Assembly (NCBI RefSeq): GCF_006345805.1
Contig: NC_043022.1
Coordinates: 21,080,001 to 21,144,000, forward strand
Direction: 5' to 3'
Length of the DNA stretch: 64,000 nt
Source of the DNA: Octopus sinensis
Taxonomy: Eukaryota
Position 1 is the first letter of the stretch. The number at the start of each line of letters is the position of its first letter. This document shows positions 12,049 through 25,250 of this stretch, one piece after another. A model generated the notes under the pieces. It was not told the origin of the DNA and made no database searches. It saw nothing but the letters and a program-made list of their open reading frames with translations. A program made the translations under genes and the position numbers.

Positions 12049-12199
12049 ACAAGATAAGGGCAGAAGAAAAATTCTAATGCCAGATACGCCGAAACAAAAA
12101 AATTGTCGATAACCATTAAATTTAATGGTTATCGACAAATTTTTTGTTTCGGCATATCTGGCATTAGAATTTTTCTTCTGCCCTTATCTTGTAAATTAT
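12042..12199. repeat. 158-bp near-perfect palindrome (centre 12120/12121, 2 mismatches)
   Basis: Arms checked base by base by eye. Confidence 0.9.
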
Positions 12200-12484
12200 G
12201 TATAAATTTTACCTTTATAGGCATTTTTTAATATGCTGGCCATTGATAAAATTTTTTTCCCGAAAAAATTTTTATCCTATATCAATTCTATATATATATA
12301 TCAATTATATATATATCTGTAAATATAATATGTGACAATTATTCGGTAGCCATGATAAAACTCTGAGTTACTGAATAATTGTCACATATTAAATTTACAG
12401 ATAAATTCCTTTATTTACATAATATCTTTTGTTGTGTTGCCATTTCTATCAATATATACATAATTTTGCATGATAAAATTTTGG

Positions 12485-12522
<38 letters not shown>

Positions 12523-12611
12523 AAAATTAAATAAGAGTAGAAATTGATATTAATCAATTAAAACTAGAGGCCTAGCATATTTTTTTTAAAATCCGAAGAT
12601 TAAAAATTTTG

Positions 12612-12669
<58 letters not shown>

Positions 12670-12989
12670 GACACACGCATACACGCACAGACATTCAAAT
12701 ATATATTTATTCAAATTTCTGGTTTCGGTCAGAAGTTTTATTACACATGCTGTCTTCTGATGAAATTTTTAATTAAGGACTTCTATCTACCTATCTAATC
12801 CCAAGAAATTACTCAGATCTGTAATAACCATTCAGGAAATGGCTACACCTGTGGCCTGAAGACTCTGAGTGCAAAACTGCTTAGCAGGCTCTAGTTATGG
12901 GTTTAACAGAATGTACACATACGCATATAGTTGTTACAGTAAACTGATGTTTCAGCATACGAGTTCAGGGTACCTTTGTTAGGGTACTT

Positions 12990-13600
12990 CATCCGAATGT
13001 CAAACAGATAACGACCGCAGTATTTCACTTTGATCTATGTGATCCATAATCCATACTTTAATTCCGATGCTTGTTTACTTTCCAAGTCATCTTTAATTAG
13101 TCCTCACAGCAATTAATTTGAACCTTCAATTGTCTTTCTCTCTGTTTTTTGGGTCATTGTATAAAATTTTGCAAACGAGCACAGGATTTTCTCATCCATG
13201 TTATCTTTCCAACACAGCTGAGTCGAGACCTCAATATCAGGTCTTAGTGTTGGGTGTTGGGCAAACTGAATGTTGGTATTTTAAGTGACTTTGTCATGGT
13301 TCGGATGAGAAAATTGCTTGAAGTTTTCGATTAATGGAACTTTTCAAATATTCAAAAGCCTTTTTCTATTCCATGTCCAAATCTCAGTCGAGACAATCGC
13401 ACTATAGACCGCAGATGTGGTTAAACTCGCACATTGTTTCTTTAAGTATTTAAAGTTTTTTCTACACATTCGGCATTTCTATACGTTTGTCTGCAAGACT
13501 TTTAATAGCTTTCTCAGTCAATTTTGGATGATAAAGACCCTGGATGTTTCAAGATTTTTACTTTGTCTTGGATGAGCATGTACATTAATTAGTTGAACGA
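12990..13600 (-). pseudogene. Highly decayed Ty3/Gypsy pol (RT connection/RNase H) relic
   Basis: Interrupted translation DME*KKAFEYLKSSI...GLDSAVLER*HG*ENPV resembles W..EQ.KAFE.LK..L...GLGAVL.Q....E.PV. Many stops. Confidence 0.5.
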
Positions 13601-13718
13601 ATAACATACATTCTGTATGTCAACGTTTTGTGTACATGCGTATGTAACACACACATACACATGCACACACATATATATTTAAGTATACATATGTATATAT
13701 ATATATATATATTATATA

Positions 13719-13749
<31 letters not shown>

Positions 13750-13806
13750 ATGTAGATATATATGTGTATGTATGTGTATATATATATATATATGTGTGTA
13801 TGTGTT

Positions 13807-13850
<44 letters not shown>

Positions 13851-13857
13851 ATATAAA

Positions 13858-13927
13858 CTGTCCGATGAACGGCAATGGGAAACTCAGAGTAATAGGTTTT
13901 GTCGAATTTTCTGCTGCTTTAAATAAA
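13858..13927 (+). mobile_element. Penelope-type terminal fragment (family F) with hammerhead-like motif
   Basis: Same sequence as 59335-59451: ccgatgaacggcaa.gggaaactcagagtaa.aggttttg..gaattttctgctgctttaaataaag. Confidence 0.6.
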
Positions 13928-15244
13928 GTATATATATATGTATATATGTGTGTGTTTATATATATATGTATCTATATGTATGTATCTATGTATGTATCTA
14001 TATATATATATATATATAATTTTAATTGCAGATATACCGTGTTACCAATGGTTTCATGCAATACATTACAATTTTTAAGCATTCCATTTACAAATAATAA
14101 TCTCTCTCCATTTTTGAGTTTGGCTACATGAGATTATATGAAAGCTCTGCTTTTGTTTGATGGTACAGAGTGAGATACCAGATACATGGGTATGCATGAA
14201 ACCATTGGTAGCATAGTAAATCCGCAAATATAGAAAACATTTATCCACCAAGTGTGGTGTTGAACACTCATTCTCACTGTTCACCACAATTGTATATACA
14301 AGTAATTTATATATATTATCTATCACAGGTTTGTGGCATTGAACTTAATGGTTTTGCTTATGAGAGTTTAATTAAATGAACGAGAAATTTTCACGGTTAA
14401 TTAAGAAGAAAAATATTCTCAGAAAGAATATGTTGGATGTACAATTATTGCCCACAGTTATTTAAAATGGTGGACACAAGTCATATACACCATATGTTGT
14501 CTCATTTATATACACTCATTTGATAAGTTGTCATCAATGAAACAGTTCATCCTTGCATTATATTTATTTGTAGCATCTGATACCACTTGGAGGTATTTGA
14601 TGATGATAATGATTATTATACATGTATATATATGTATATATATACATATATATACACACATATATACACGTACATACTATATTATGTATTATACATGAAA
14701 TTCACAAGATACATCCTTGTTGCATGCTATGTCATGTTGATTACATATACATATCTGCGGAATGCATACACATACACACAATATATATATGTGTATATAT
14801 AAATATATCTATGTATGCATTTGGTAAGTGCAATTTAAGTCTTACACTGGGTGACAAATAATCGGTATTGAGAATACCATGCATGTATTATTGTATTTGT
14901 ATCATTTTTTAAAAATCCATGGCAGTTGATTCTATCAATGTCTTTTCAATCCAATAATGCTGTGTATAAAAGTTACATGTCTCTGATGAATTGACAGTAC
15001 ATCTTGATTATGTAATTTACTTTATGTAATGAACCTTATGTTAATGAAATGTATGTAAGATATGATCCAACTAAATATCTTATAAACAATCTCTCATGTT
15101 TTGATTTATTATATATAACTGTTTATCCAGACACTTTTTTTTCCTCTCCCTCCATCTGCTTTCTCTCCTCATTAGTTTCTGTTGAAGAGCATAGGCTCAA
15201 AACATTAAAGACTCTTTTATGTTTCCTGAGCATCTAACTGATAC

Positions 15245-15520
15245 ATTTTAATAATAATAACAATAATGAAATTATTGTATACAGTGCTCAGGTGCACCAC
15301 AACTTGTCAAAAGTGTGTATAAAGTATATGCAGTAATGTACAAATGTCTGGAAAGCGAACAGTGTATGAGTCAGATACATGCTTGCGTGTGTATGGAGGG
15401 GAGAAAATCAGGTGCAGTGTTGGCGAATCTTAGGAAGCATGGAAGTTTTGAAGGATGCAGTGCTCCGACAACTAACAACTGATGCCGGCAGTTTGTTCCA
15501 TGCTTCAGCATCTCTTTTGT
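15245..15520 (-). mobile_element. CR1-type LINE 3' end (second family)
   Basis: Reverse complement of 28310-28555 (gcatggaacaaactgcc..catcagttgttagttgt). Confidence 0.8.
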
Positions 15521-15905
15521 TTTTTGATCCTTCACCAGTCTCTGTCTTTTGTCTTTTTGTAAAGTTTTGAACCATACACACACACAATGCATCCCTATAT
15601 ATTCATCCATATACACACACCAGCCATATACACATATACACATATATACATACACATACATACATATATATGTACATGCACACACACACCCATATATATA
15701 TACATACATACATACACATATAAATGAATGTGTATGTGTGTCTATGTACCATACATATATATCATATACATACATGTACATATACGAATATATATATGTA
15801 TTTATATTTACAAGTATGTGTGTATGTATATATATATATACATACCTACATACATACATCATACATACATACATATATATATTTATATTTACAAGTATGT
15901 GTGTA

Positions 15906-15937
<32 letters not shown>

Positions 15938-17719
15938 GAATATATAATATACACCTCATGCTGCCACCTTGATACTCAGAAACCTTGTGTGTTAGAATAT
16001 GTTGTAAGGAAAATTTTGCTGTGATGTCCGGCAGGTCAAGATATCACTTCGATGTTCCATTACTGGTTCTTGCCTATATAAGACAGAAGCAAGAAATTTG
16101 GCTATTATTTTTTAGTGTTAGTGTACCACATGTGTCATACACTCATTAATAATGGACACATCATTTCAGAGACATTTGGATGCTGTTTCTAGCAGATCTG
16201 TTTACCACATAGAGGACTACCTTTGTAGCTCAGATACATATATATAATATACATACATATGTGTATGTATACGTAGGCGCGGGCATGGCTGTGTGGTTAG
16301 GGAGCTTGCTTTCTAACTACATGGTTTCGGGTTCAGTCCTACTGCGTGGCACTTTGGGTAAGTGTCTTCCTCTATAGCCCCGAGTCGACCGAAGCTTTGT
16401 GATTGAATTCGGTAGGTGGAAGTTACTGCCGTGTGTGTATGTGTGCGTATAGCTGCTCAGTGCCTCTCCGAAAGAGAGAGAGAGAGAGGGATACGTATGT
16501 TTATATACACACACACATGCACACCAAAACAGTAGTGTGGTTTGAGGAGGGATGTGGCTATTTTAATCCAATCTGTCTCTCCTATTAACTCGTACATATA
16601 TGCATGAATATGATTGTGGTTTGAAAGGGATTTGGCAGCTAATTTCTTTGAGGTCTACAATATAAAGATCTCACACATAAGATCATATATACACATTTAT
16701 ATGTAAACTCTCTGTATAATGAAATTATAAGAATTATAAGTTTTTGTATCAATAAGATACCTTGCTACTGAAACCTATGTAGCATAGACTGAACAGCTTT
16801 TGTCCTTTCTCAGAATTATAATTGTACTTATTTACCTTATACTATGCATAACTACTGTTATTACTGAGATTGGAGTTGTGGAGTACCTGTTATCGTTACA
16901 AAATTGTTGCTGCATTTTGTAATAATCGTAATTTTGTAATTGATTAATTAATTAATCTGTTAATGTCCTCTCAAAGTAAGGTGGTAGCTAATCACTTGCT
17001 GAAGCCACTGTGCTTAGTAGTCATGTTTGATGTAATACTAACAAACTGATATAGATGCAGGTGGGGCCATAGGCACAGGGCGTTGCTGTGTGTTTAATAA
17101 GTTTGCTTTCAGTCGTGTGGTCTTGAGTTCAGTTCCAGGGTATGGTATGGCACCTTGATCGAGTATCTTCTACTATATCCCCAGGCTGACTAAAGCCTTG
17201 TAAGTGGATTTGCTAAATGGAAACTTGAAAGAAGCCTGTCATTCACAGGTAGACACACTCACACACAGCAAAACACGAAATTGGAAACTTTCTGGTATCA
17301 TTTAATCAACATTACACGTGTTTCATTTGCTAATAGGAATTACAAAGTTTTACATGTTAGAGGGATGTGTGGAATTTACCCTAACTACACACATATACAT
17401 GCATATATATATATACATACACATACATGCATATATATATATATACACACACACATGCATATATATATACACACACACATATATATATATATATACACAC
17501 ACACATATATATATATACATACACACATGCATGCATGTATATATAGATGCATACACACACATGCATGCATATATATATAGACGCATACACACACACATAT
17601 ATAGACGCATACATACACACACACACATATATAGACGCATACACACACACACACATATATAGACGCATACACACACACAAACATATAGATGCACACACAC
17701 ACACACACATATATAGACG

Positions 17720-17750
<31 letters not shown>

Positions 17751-18718
17751 TATATACATACATACACACAGACATGCATATAAGTGTTTGTCACCCACCA
17801 CCACTTGACAACTGGTGTTGGTTTGTTTATGTCACTCTAACCTGGTCATTTGGTAAAAGTGACTGATAGAATAACACCCACCCACCCCCGGCTTAAAATA
17901 TGTAAGTACTGGAGTGAATTTGTTTGACTGAGCCCTTCAAGTTGGTGCCCAAGCATGGCCACTGTCCACTGACTTAAAAAAAAGGTAAGGAACAAAAAAT
18001 AAATACACCCCTTGCTCGCCATCCATATGTAAACAATATATATTGTTATGTTTGATTAAATAATATATATATAGGCGCAGGAGTGGCTGTGTGGTAAGTA
18101 GCTTGTTTACCAACCACGTGGTACCGGGTTCAGTCCCACTGCGTGGCACCTTGGGCAAGTGTCTTCTACTATAGCCTCGGGCCAACCAAAGCCTTGTGAG
18201 TGGATTTGGTAGACGGAAACTGAAAGTAGCCCGTCGTATATATGTGTATATATGTATATATGTGTGTGCGTGTATGTTTGTGTTTGTCCCCTAGCATTGC
18301 TTGACAACCGATGCTGGTGTGTTTATGTCCCCGTCACTTAGCGGTTCGGCAAAAGAGACCGATAGAATAAGTACTGGGCTTACAAAGAACAAGTCTCGGG
18401 GTCGAGTTGCTCGATTAAAGGCGGTGCTCCAGCATGGCTGCAGTCAAATGACTGAAACAAGTAAAAGAGTAAGAGAGTATACTCATTGAAGACTAAGTAA
18501 AAAATCTTCCAACATCCAGCCCCTTTATCAAAACCCTCAATCTAGATTATGCTCATGAGCTTCATTTTTTATTTCTTTCGTTCCAATATCTTTTGCTCTT
18601 CAATGTTTACCAAATTTCAATGTGCATGTCTGTTACATAACACATCTACATATTTAATAGCTGTTCAATATTGTTGATTGTGTATATATTCTTACATAGG
18701 ATTTTCAAAAGATATACA

Positions 18719-18771
<53 letters not shown>

Positions 18772-19180
18772 AGGCATAGGAGTGGCTGTGTGGTAGGTAG
18801 CTTGCTTACCAACCACATGGTTCCGGGTTCAGTCCCACTGCGTGGCACCTTGGGCAAGTGTCTTCTACTATAGCTTCCGGCCAAGCAAATCCTTCTGAGT
18901 GGATTTGGTAGATGGAAACTGAAAGAAGCCCGTTGTATACATGTATGTATATATGTGTGTGTGTGTATACGTTTGTGTGTCTGTGTTTGTCCCCCCAACA
19001 TCGCTTGACAACCGATGCTGGTGTGTTTACGTCCCCGTAACTTAGCGGTTCGGCAAAAGAGACCAATAGAATAAGTACTAGGCTTACAAACAATAAGTCC
19101 TGGGGTCGATTTGTTCGACTAAAGGTGGTGCTCCATCATGGCCACAGTCAAATGACTGAATCAAGTAAAGGAGTAAAGAG

Positions 19181-19221
<41 letters not shown>

Positions 19222-20232
19222 TAAAATTTTGTATATTTCATATCATATCATATCATCTCTCTCTCTTCTATATATATATGTACATATATACACTCTCACA
19301 CACATGAAAATTTTGTGTATTTTACATCGCATATATTTATATATACATATGCGTATATACTGAAATTTTGTATGTTTTTGGCACACACACACACTTACTG
19401 TGTGTATGTTTATATGTATACATATATATTTGTGTGTATGTACATAAATACATTTACAAATATATATGCCTATATATATATACACACACACATGTGTGTG
19501 TGTTTATGTACACATATATATATATGCATACATACATACATGCATATATATACACACACACTAAAATTTTGTATATTTCACATCATATGTAGTTTGTCGT
19601 CCGATGTCTGTAACATTAGTCAGTCCTAGTATAGTGTTCAACCCAAACAAAGCATTATTGGAAGACTATCTCCTTCATACACATACACAGCATTCTTTAC
19701 CATCAAAAAAAAAAAAAAAAGAAAAAGAAAAATTGGCCCTTTTTGTAACTTTGTGGTCATTGAAGAGCATCACAACAGATTGAAGGCTCGTATGAACTAT
19801 AATAGACAAATCTAAAATTATCAATTGTTATAAATGTTTTTCCATATCTTCACCAAATCAGTTTTTCTCTCTCTGCCATATTAAATTGCATTTCTTCTTC
19901 TCTTCAACTGACACCTAGCTCAAGTTAACTATGCATTTTTCATGCATACTGTTGTTTTGATCTCTTACACCAAAGTTGATAATACTCAGTATATACATAT
20001 ATATATCCATATATAAATAATTTACAAGTGCAAATGTTATCTGTATGTTTGTAAAAAAAAAAATTAAATTATTATTACTATTGTGTGTTTATAATTTGAA
20101 TAATGTCAGTAGTGTCCTTAAATTATTCCGATGTACGCAGACATCTCAAAAGTAAATAGACACGTTTCCTTTTTGTGTGTGTGAAAGATTTTATCTTCAG
20201 GAATGAAATGGTGTCGTTTGATGCATCTAAAT

Positions 20233-20425
20233 CAGTTGTTCTCCACGTTTTTTTTTTAATATCTGGGCCAGATCTCAAACTGGGATCTGGGGGAGCGGGG
20301 CACTCGCCAAAAGAAGTAAATCAAGCGAAAGAAAAATTTATTGTATCTATAGAAGGAACGCTGTCGGGGACCACTGGAAGGGTGTTTGAGGGCCTCAACC
20401 TGGAAGTGTGGTTTGAGAACTGCTG
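20233..20425. mobile_element. hAT-type MITE
   Basis: TIR-like cagttgttctc / gagaactgctg; 8-bp TSD atctaaat / atctacat. Confidence 0.7.
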
Positions 20426-21456
20426 ATCTACATGCGTAATCTAAGTATTAAGCAGACCTGCTTTGTGCAACTTTTAATCATTTAATCTGTTTGGGAATTG
20501 TACTAACAAGCAGTATCTACATATATAAAAATGGTGTAATGAAGGGGGTGTCTATTTATTTTTGGGGTGTCTGTATAATTCTAACTAAACAAGATTGAAT
20601 GGATGTTTCCATGTTTTTTTTCCTCTTCTTGCAATCTTCAGAATCCAAACGCAAAAATTGGGTTTGATGTCAGAGAATTTAATCATTCTCTATAATATTC
20701 TACATAAACTGTTAACATTTTATAAATCAGACGAACATATGGTACATGTAGGAATCCAGGAATCCTAATTTTTTTGTTTTTTAATATTAAAAAAATTTTT
20801 TTTTTTTATTATTTTGTAAATGATTACCTGTTGTGCATTGTATATATATTATGATTATTTCTGTTGAATTACTTTGATTTGTAGTTCATATTACCTGTCT
20901 GTCTATCAGAGCAGAGATCTATTTGTAAAATTTACAGAAACTAGATCTTGCTTGTTATTCACTTTATCTTGGGGGAATCGTTTGGGTTTTCTTAGTAACT
21001 TATATTACTGGCATGGCCTGTTAACTGATATTCAGTAATTGGAATTCCTATTTGGTTGGTCTCTTTCGAAAAAACAGAAAGAGCAAGAAAAAATTGGAGA
21101 ATAACCCAAGATTCATTTTATTTTTTATGTGAAAACTTATAATTAATTATATGCATTATAAAACATGAATGTAATTTATTTTTTGTTCCTGTATTTAATA
21201 CAAATGATTAAAAGACTTCTAAGCTAGATGCATCCAAGAAAAATGTTATTTGGAATCAAAACGTTCACTCAAAAGCTTCATTCTTCACATCAGCTATCAT
21301 GCTTTTTTTGTAGGAAAATCTAGCATTAATTAATAGATTTTTCTAGCCCTCATTATGGTGAATAAAAATCTAATTTTTAATTATAGACTTTTTTTTTCCC
21401 TATTGACAACATCAAAGTTGCTGGCCCCACTGCCACTGAATCTCATACACAAATGT

Positions 21457-21606
21457 TTGACTCCTTGTCTTTTAGGTTATCCAGGTAAGTATATTTAATC
21501 ATATCTATTTCTTTATTGCCCACAGGGGGCTAAACAAGGACACACAAGAGGATTAAGTCGATTACATTGACCCCAGTGCGTGACTGGTACTCATTTAATC
21601 GACCCC
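21457..21606 (+). repeat. 150-bp segment duplicated identically at 22787-22936
   Basis: Base-for-base identity at an offset of 1330. Confidence 0.92.
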
Positions 21607-22936
21607 GAAAGGATGAAAGGCAAAGTCGACCTCAGCGGAATTTCAACTCAGAACGTAGCGACAGACAAAATACCTGTTTTTTACTACCCACAAGGGGCTA
21701 AACACAGAGAGGACAAACAAGAACAGACAAGCGGATTAAGTCGATTATATTGACCCCCAGTGCGTAACTGGTACTTATTTAATCGACACCGAAAGGATGA
21801 AAGGTAAAGTCGACTTCGGCGGAATTTGAACTCCAAATACCACTAGGCATTTCACCCGGTGTGCTAACGTTTCTCCCAGCGCGCTGCCTTTTATTTTATT
21901 ATATCAGTGTGTAATTCTCTTATGGTTGAACTGGCCAGGCAAGTAAGGCTGCTAACAGGTGGTTTAGTTAGCTGCCTTCACACCATATGGTGTCAACTTT
22001 GTTAAGTGAAATATTGTTTTAAGATTTTTGTGTGCTCCGTCAAGTGAAATCGGAATCAAAATCGAAATCGCTCAAAAATCATTGGAAATAGTAGTTGTGA
22101 TATCAGTGCCAGTGGCTTGTAAAAGAACCATCCGAACGTGGCTGTTGCCAGTGCCACCCCGACTGGCCTCCATGCCGGTGGCACATAAAAAGCACCAACC
22201 GATTGTGGCCATTGCCAGCCTCGCCTGGCACCTGTGCCGGTGGCATGTAAAAAGCACTCACTACACTCACGGAGTGGTTGGCATTAGGAAGGGCATCCAG
22301 CTGTAGAAACACTGCCAGATCAGACTGGGCCTGGTGCAGCCTCCTGGCTTCCCAGACCCCAGTCGAACCGTCCAACCCATGCTAGCATGGAAAGCGGACG
22401 TTCAACGATGACGATGTTAGGGCATCCTTCTAGGAGAAGGTAACTCAGGTAACTGGGATAACTCCAACATAAAACCTGCGGCTCAGTGGTTACTGATAAT
22501 GTTGACTTGTTCTTCTTTTCGGATTATGGCTGCTGTTGCTTAGTGAGTGGGATTGACTCAGTGCACAGCCTTTCCTCACTTTAAAAAAAATATACATATA
22601 TATATACATATACACATATATATATACATATATACATATACACATATACATACATATACACATATACATACATACACATATATACATATACACATATATA
22701 TACATATACACATATACATACATATACACATATACATACATATACACATATACATATATGTATATATGTATATATGTATACATATATTGACTCCTTGTCT
22801 TTTAGGTTATCCAGGTAAGTATATTTAATCATATCTATTTCTTTATTGCCCACAGGGGGCTAAACAAGGACACACAAGAGGATTAAGTCGATTACATTGA
22901 CCCCAGTGCGTGACTGGTACTCATTTAATCGACCCC

Positions 22937-24716
22937 TGACGACCTTGCTCTTATTGCTGAGTCACTATCAGAACTGGAGGAGAAGTTCCAGGTGTGGAAG
23001 GAGGGTTTAGAATCAAGGGGCCTTAGAGTCAACCTAGCTAAAACCAAAGTACTAATAAGTAGAAAGGTAGACAATCCACAAATATCTTCAGGAAGATGGC
23101 CCTGCTCGATCTGTAGAAAAGGTGTAGGTAGAAACTCTATAAGATGTACCCAGTGTAAGCTATGGACACATAAGAGGTGCAGCAATGTCAAAGGTAGGCT
23201 AACTGGGAAGATAGTTTTTGTATGTGGCAGATGCTCTGGAGCATTGACCTCCGAAAATCTGCAGAAAACAACTTCCGTCACTTTCCAGGGGAAAACTAGA
23301 AGTAGTTGATAGCTTCTGTTATCTAGGTGACCAAGTCAGTAGTGGGGGTGGGTGCGCTGACAGTGTAACTGCTAGAATAAGATAGCCTGGGCAAAGTTTA
23401 GGGAGCTCTTACCTCTGCTGGTGACTAAAGGCCTCTCGCTCAGAGTAAAAGGCAGACTGTATGATGCGTGTGTACGAACAGCCATGCTACATGGCAGCGA
23501 AACATGGCCGTGACTGCTGAGGACATGCGTAAGCTCGTGAGGAATGAAGCCAGTATGCTCCGATGGATGTGTAATGTCAGTGTACATACTCGACAGAGCG
23601 TTAGCACCTTGAGAGAAATTGTACCTAAGAAGCATCAGTTGTGGTGTGCAAGAGAGACGATTGCGCTGGTATGGTCATGTGGCGAGAATGGATGAAGATA
23701 GGTGTGTGAGAAAGTGCCAATCCCTAGCAGTTGAGGGAACCCGTGGAAGAGGTAGACCCAGGAAAACCTGGGACGAGGTGGTGAAGCACGACCTTCGAAC
23801 TTTAGGCCTCACTGAGGAAATGACCAGAGACCGAGACCTTTGGAAATATTCTGTACGTGAGAAGACCAGGCAGGACAAGTGAGCCCAGCCCACTATGAAT
23901 GCCTTTCCTCCCTTGGACACAAAGACCGGTTGAGGCAAGCGAAGTCGATATAGAACCTCATCCGACGACAGACACCCATGCCAACCCCCCATGCTTGCGA
24001 AGACATGTTGGGGCAAGCGAAATCGAAATCGAATCGAAACCGAATTGAAACCCAGGATCCCTGGCCTGGTGGTACGTAAAAAGCACTATCCGACTCGTGG
24101 CCGTGGCACGTAAAATACTCCAATGCGACCGTACGACAGGCACCCATGCCAACCCCCTTTGCTTGTGAAGACATGTTGGGGCAAGCGAAATCGAAATCGA
24201 ATTGAACCAGCCAGGATCCCTGGTCTGGTGGTACGTAAAAAGCACTATCCGACTCGTGGCCGTGGCACGTAAAATACTCCAATGCGACCGTACGACAGGC
24301 ACCCTTGCCAACCCCTTTGCTTGTGAAGACATGTTGGGGCAAGCGAAATCGAAATCGAATTGAACCAGCCAGGATCCCTGGTCTGGTGGTACGTAAAAAG
24401 CACTATCCGACTCGTGGCCGATGCCAGCACCGCCTCGACTGGCTTCCGTGCCGGTGGCACATAAAATACACACCAATCTGACTGACCGTGGCCGTTGCCA
24501 GCCCGCCCCGCCTGCCCTGTGCAGGTGGCACGTAAAAAGCACCCACTACACTCACGGAGTGGTTGGCGTTAGGAAGGGCATCCAGCTGTAGAAACATTGC
24601 CAAATTAGACTGTAGCCTGGTGCAGCCTTCTGGCTTCCCAGAACCCCGGTCGAACCGTCCAACCCATGCTAGCATGGAGAACGGACGTTAAACGACGATG
24701 ATGATGATGATGATAT
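22937..24716 (+). mobile_element. 5'-truncated RTE-type LINE: RT C-terminal half with Cys/His finger insert, then a 3' UTR with subrepeats and (GAT)n tail
   Basis: GLRVNLAKTKVL, CSICRKGVG.NSI.C..CK.W.HKRC, VDSFCYLG, RLRWYGHV.RM, RGRGRPRKTW; frameshifts present. The 3' UTR equals the dispersed family B repeat. Confidence 0.9.
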
Positions 24717-24860
24717 ATATATACTATACATATATATACATATATATATATATATATATCATATATACATATATATCCATATACACATATATATATACAT
24801 ATATATATACATATATACATATATATATATACATACATATATATACATATATATATATAC

Positions 24861-24930
<70 letters not shown>

Positions 24931-25011
24931 ACATATATATACATACTATAATATACATATATATATACATATATATATACATATATATCATATATATATA
25001 TACATATATAC

Positions 25012-25042
<31 letters not shown>

Positions 25043-25250
25043 CATATATACTATATATATATATATATATATACATATATAATACATATATATACATATA
25101 ATATACATATATATACTATATATACATATATATATATACATATACATATATATACTATATATACATATATATATACACACACATATATACATACACCCTA
25201 TATATATATATACACACACACACACATATATATAATATATACACATAATA
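24716..25250. repeat. Compound (TA)n/(TACA)n microsatellite, representative of dozens of such tracts
   Basis: Direct reading. These tracts generate the Y/I/C/V/H/T-rich ORFs of the supplied track. Confidence 0.97.

Noticed and set aside
12850-12895. Hammerhead-like cctgaagactctgagtgcaaaactgcttagcagg
   Set aside because: Has CTGAAGA and a small hairpin, but G12 is A, there is no U16.1-H17 in register, and no stem I partner.
20430-21450. Repeat-free, 3' UTR-like AT-rich block suggesting a third gene
   Set aside because: No coding exon or clear terminal-exon structure found; cannot be distinguished from unique intergenic DNA without transcript data.
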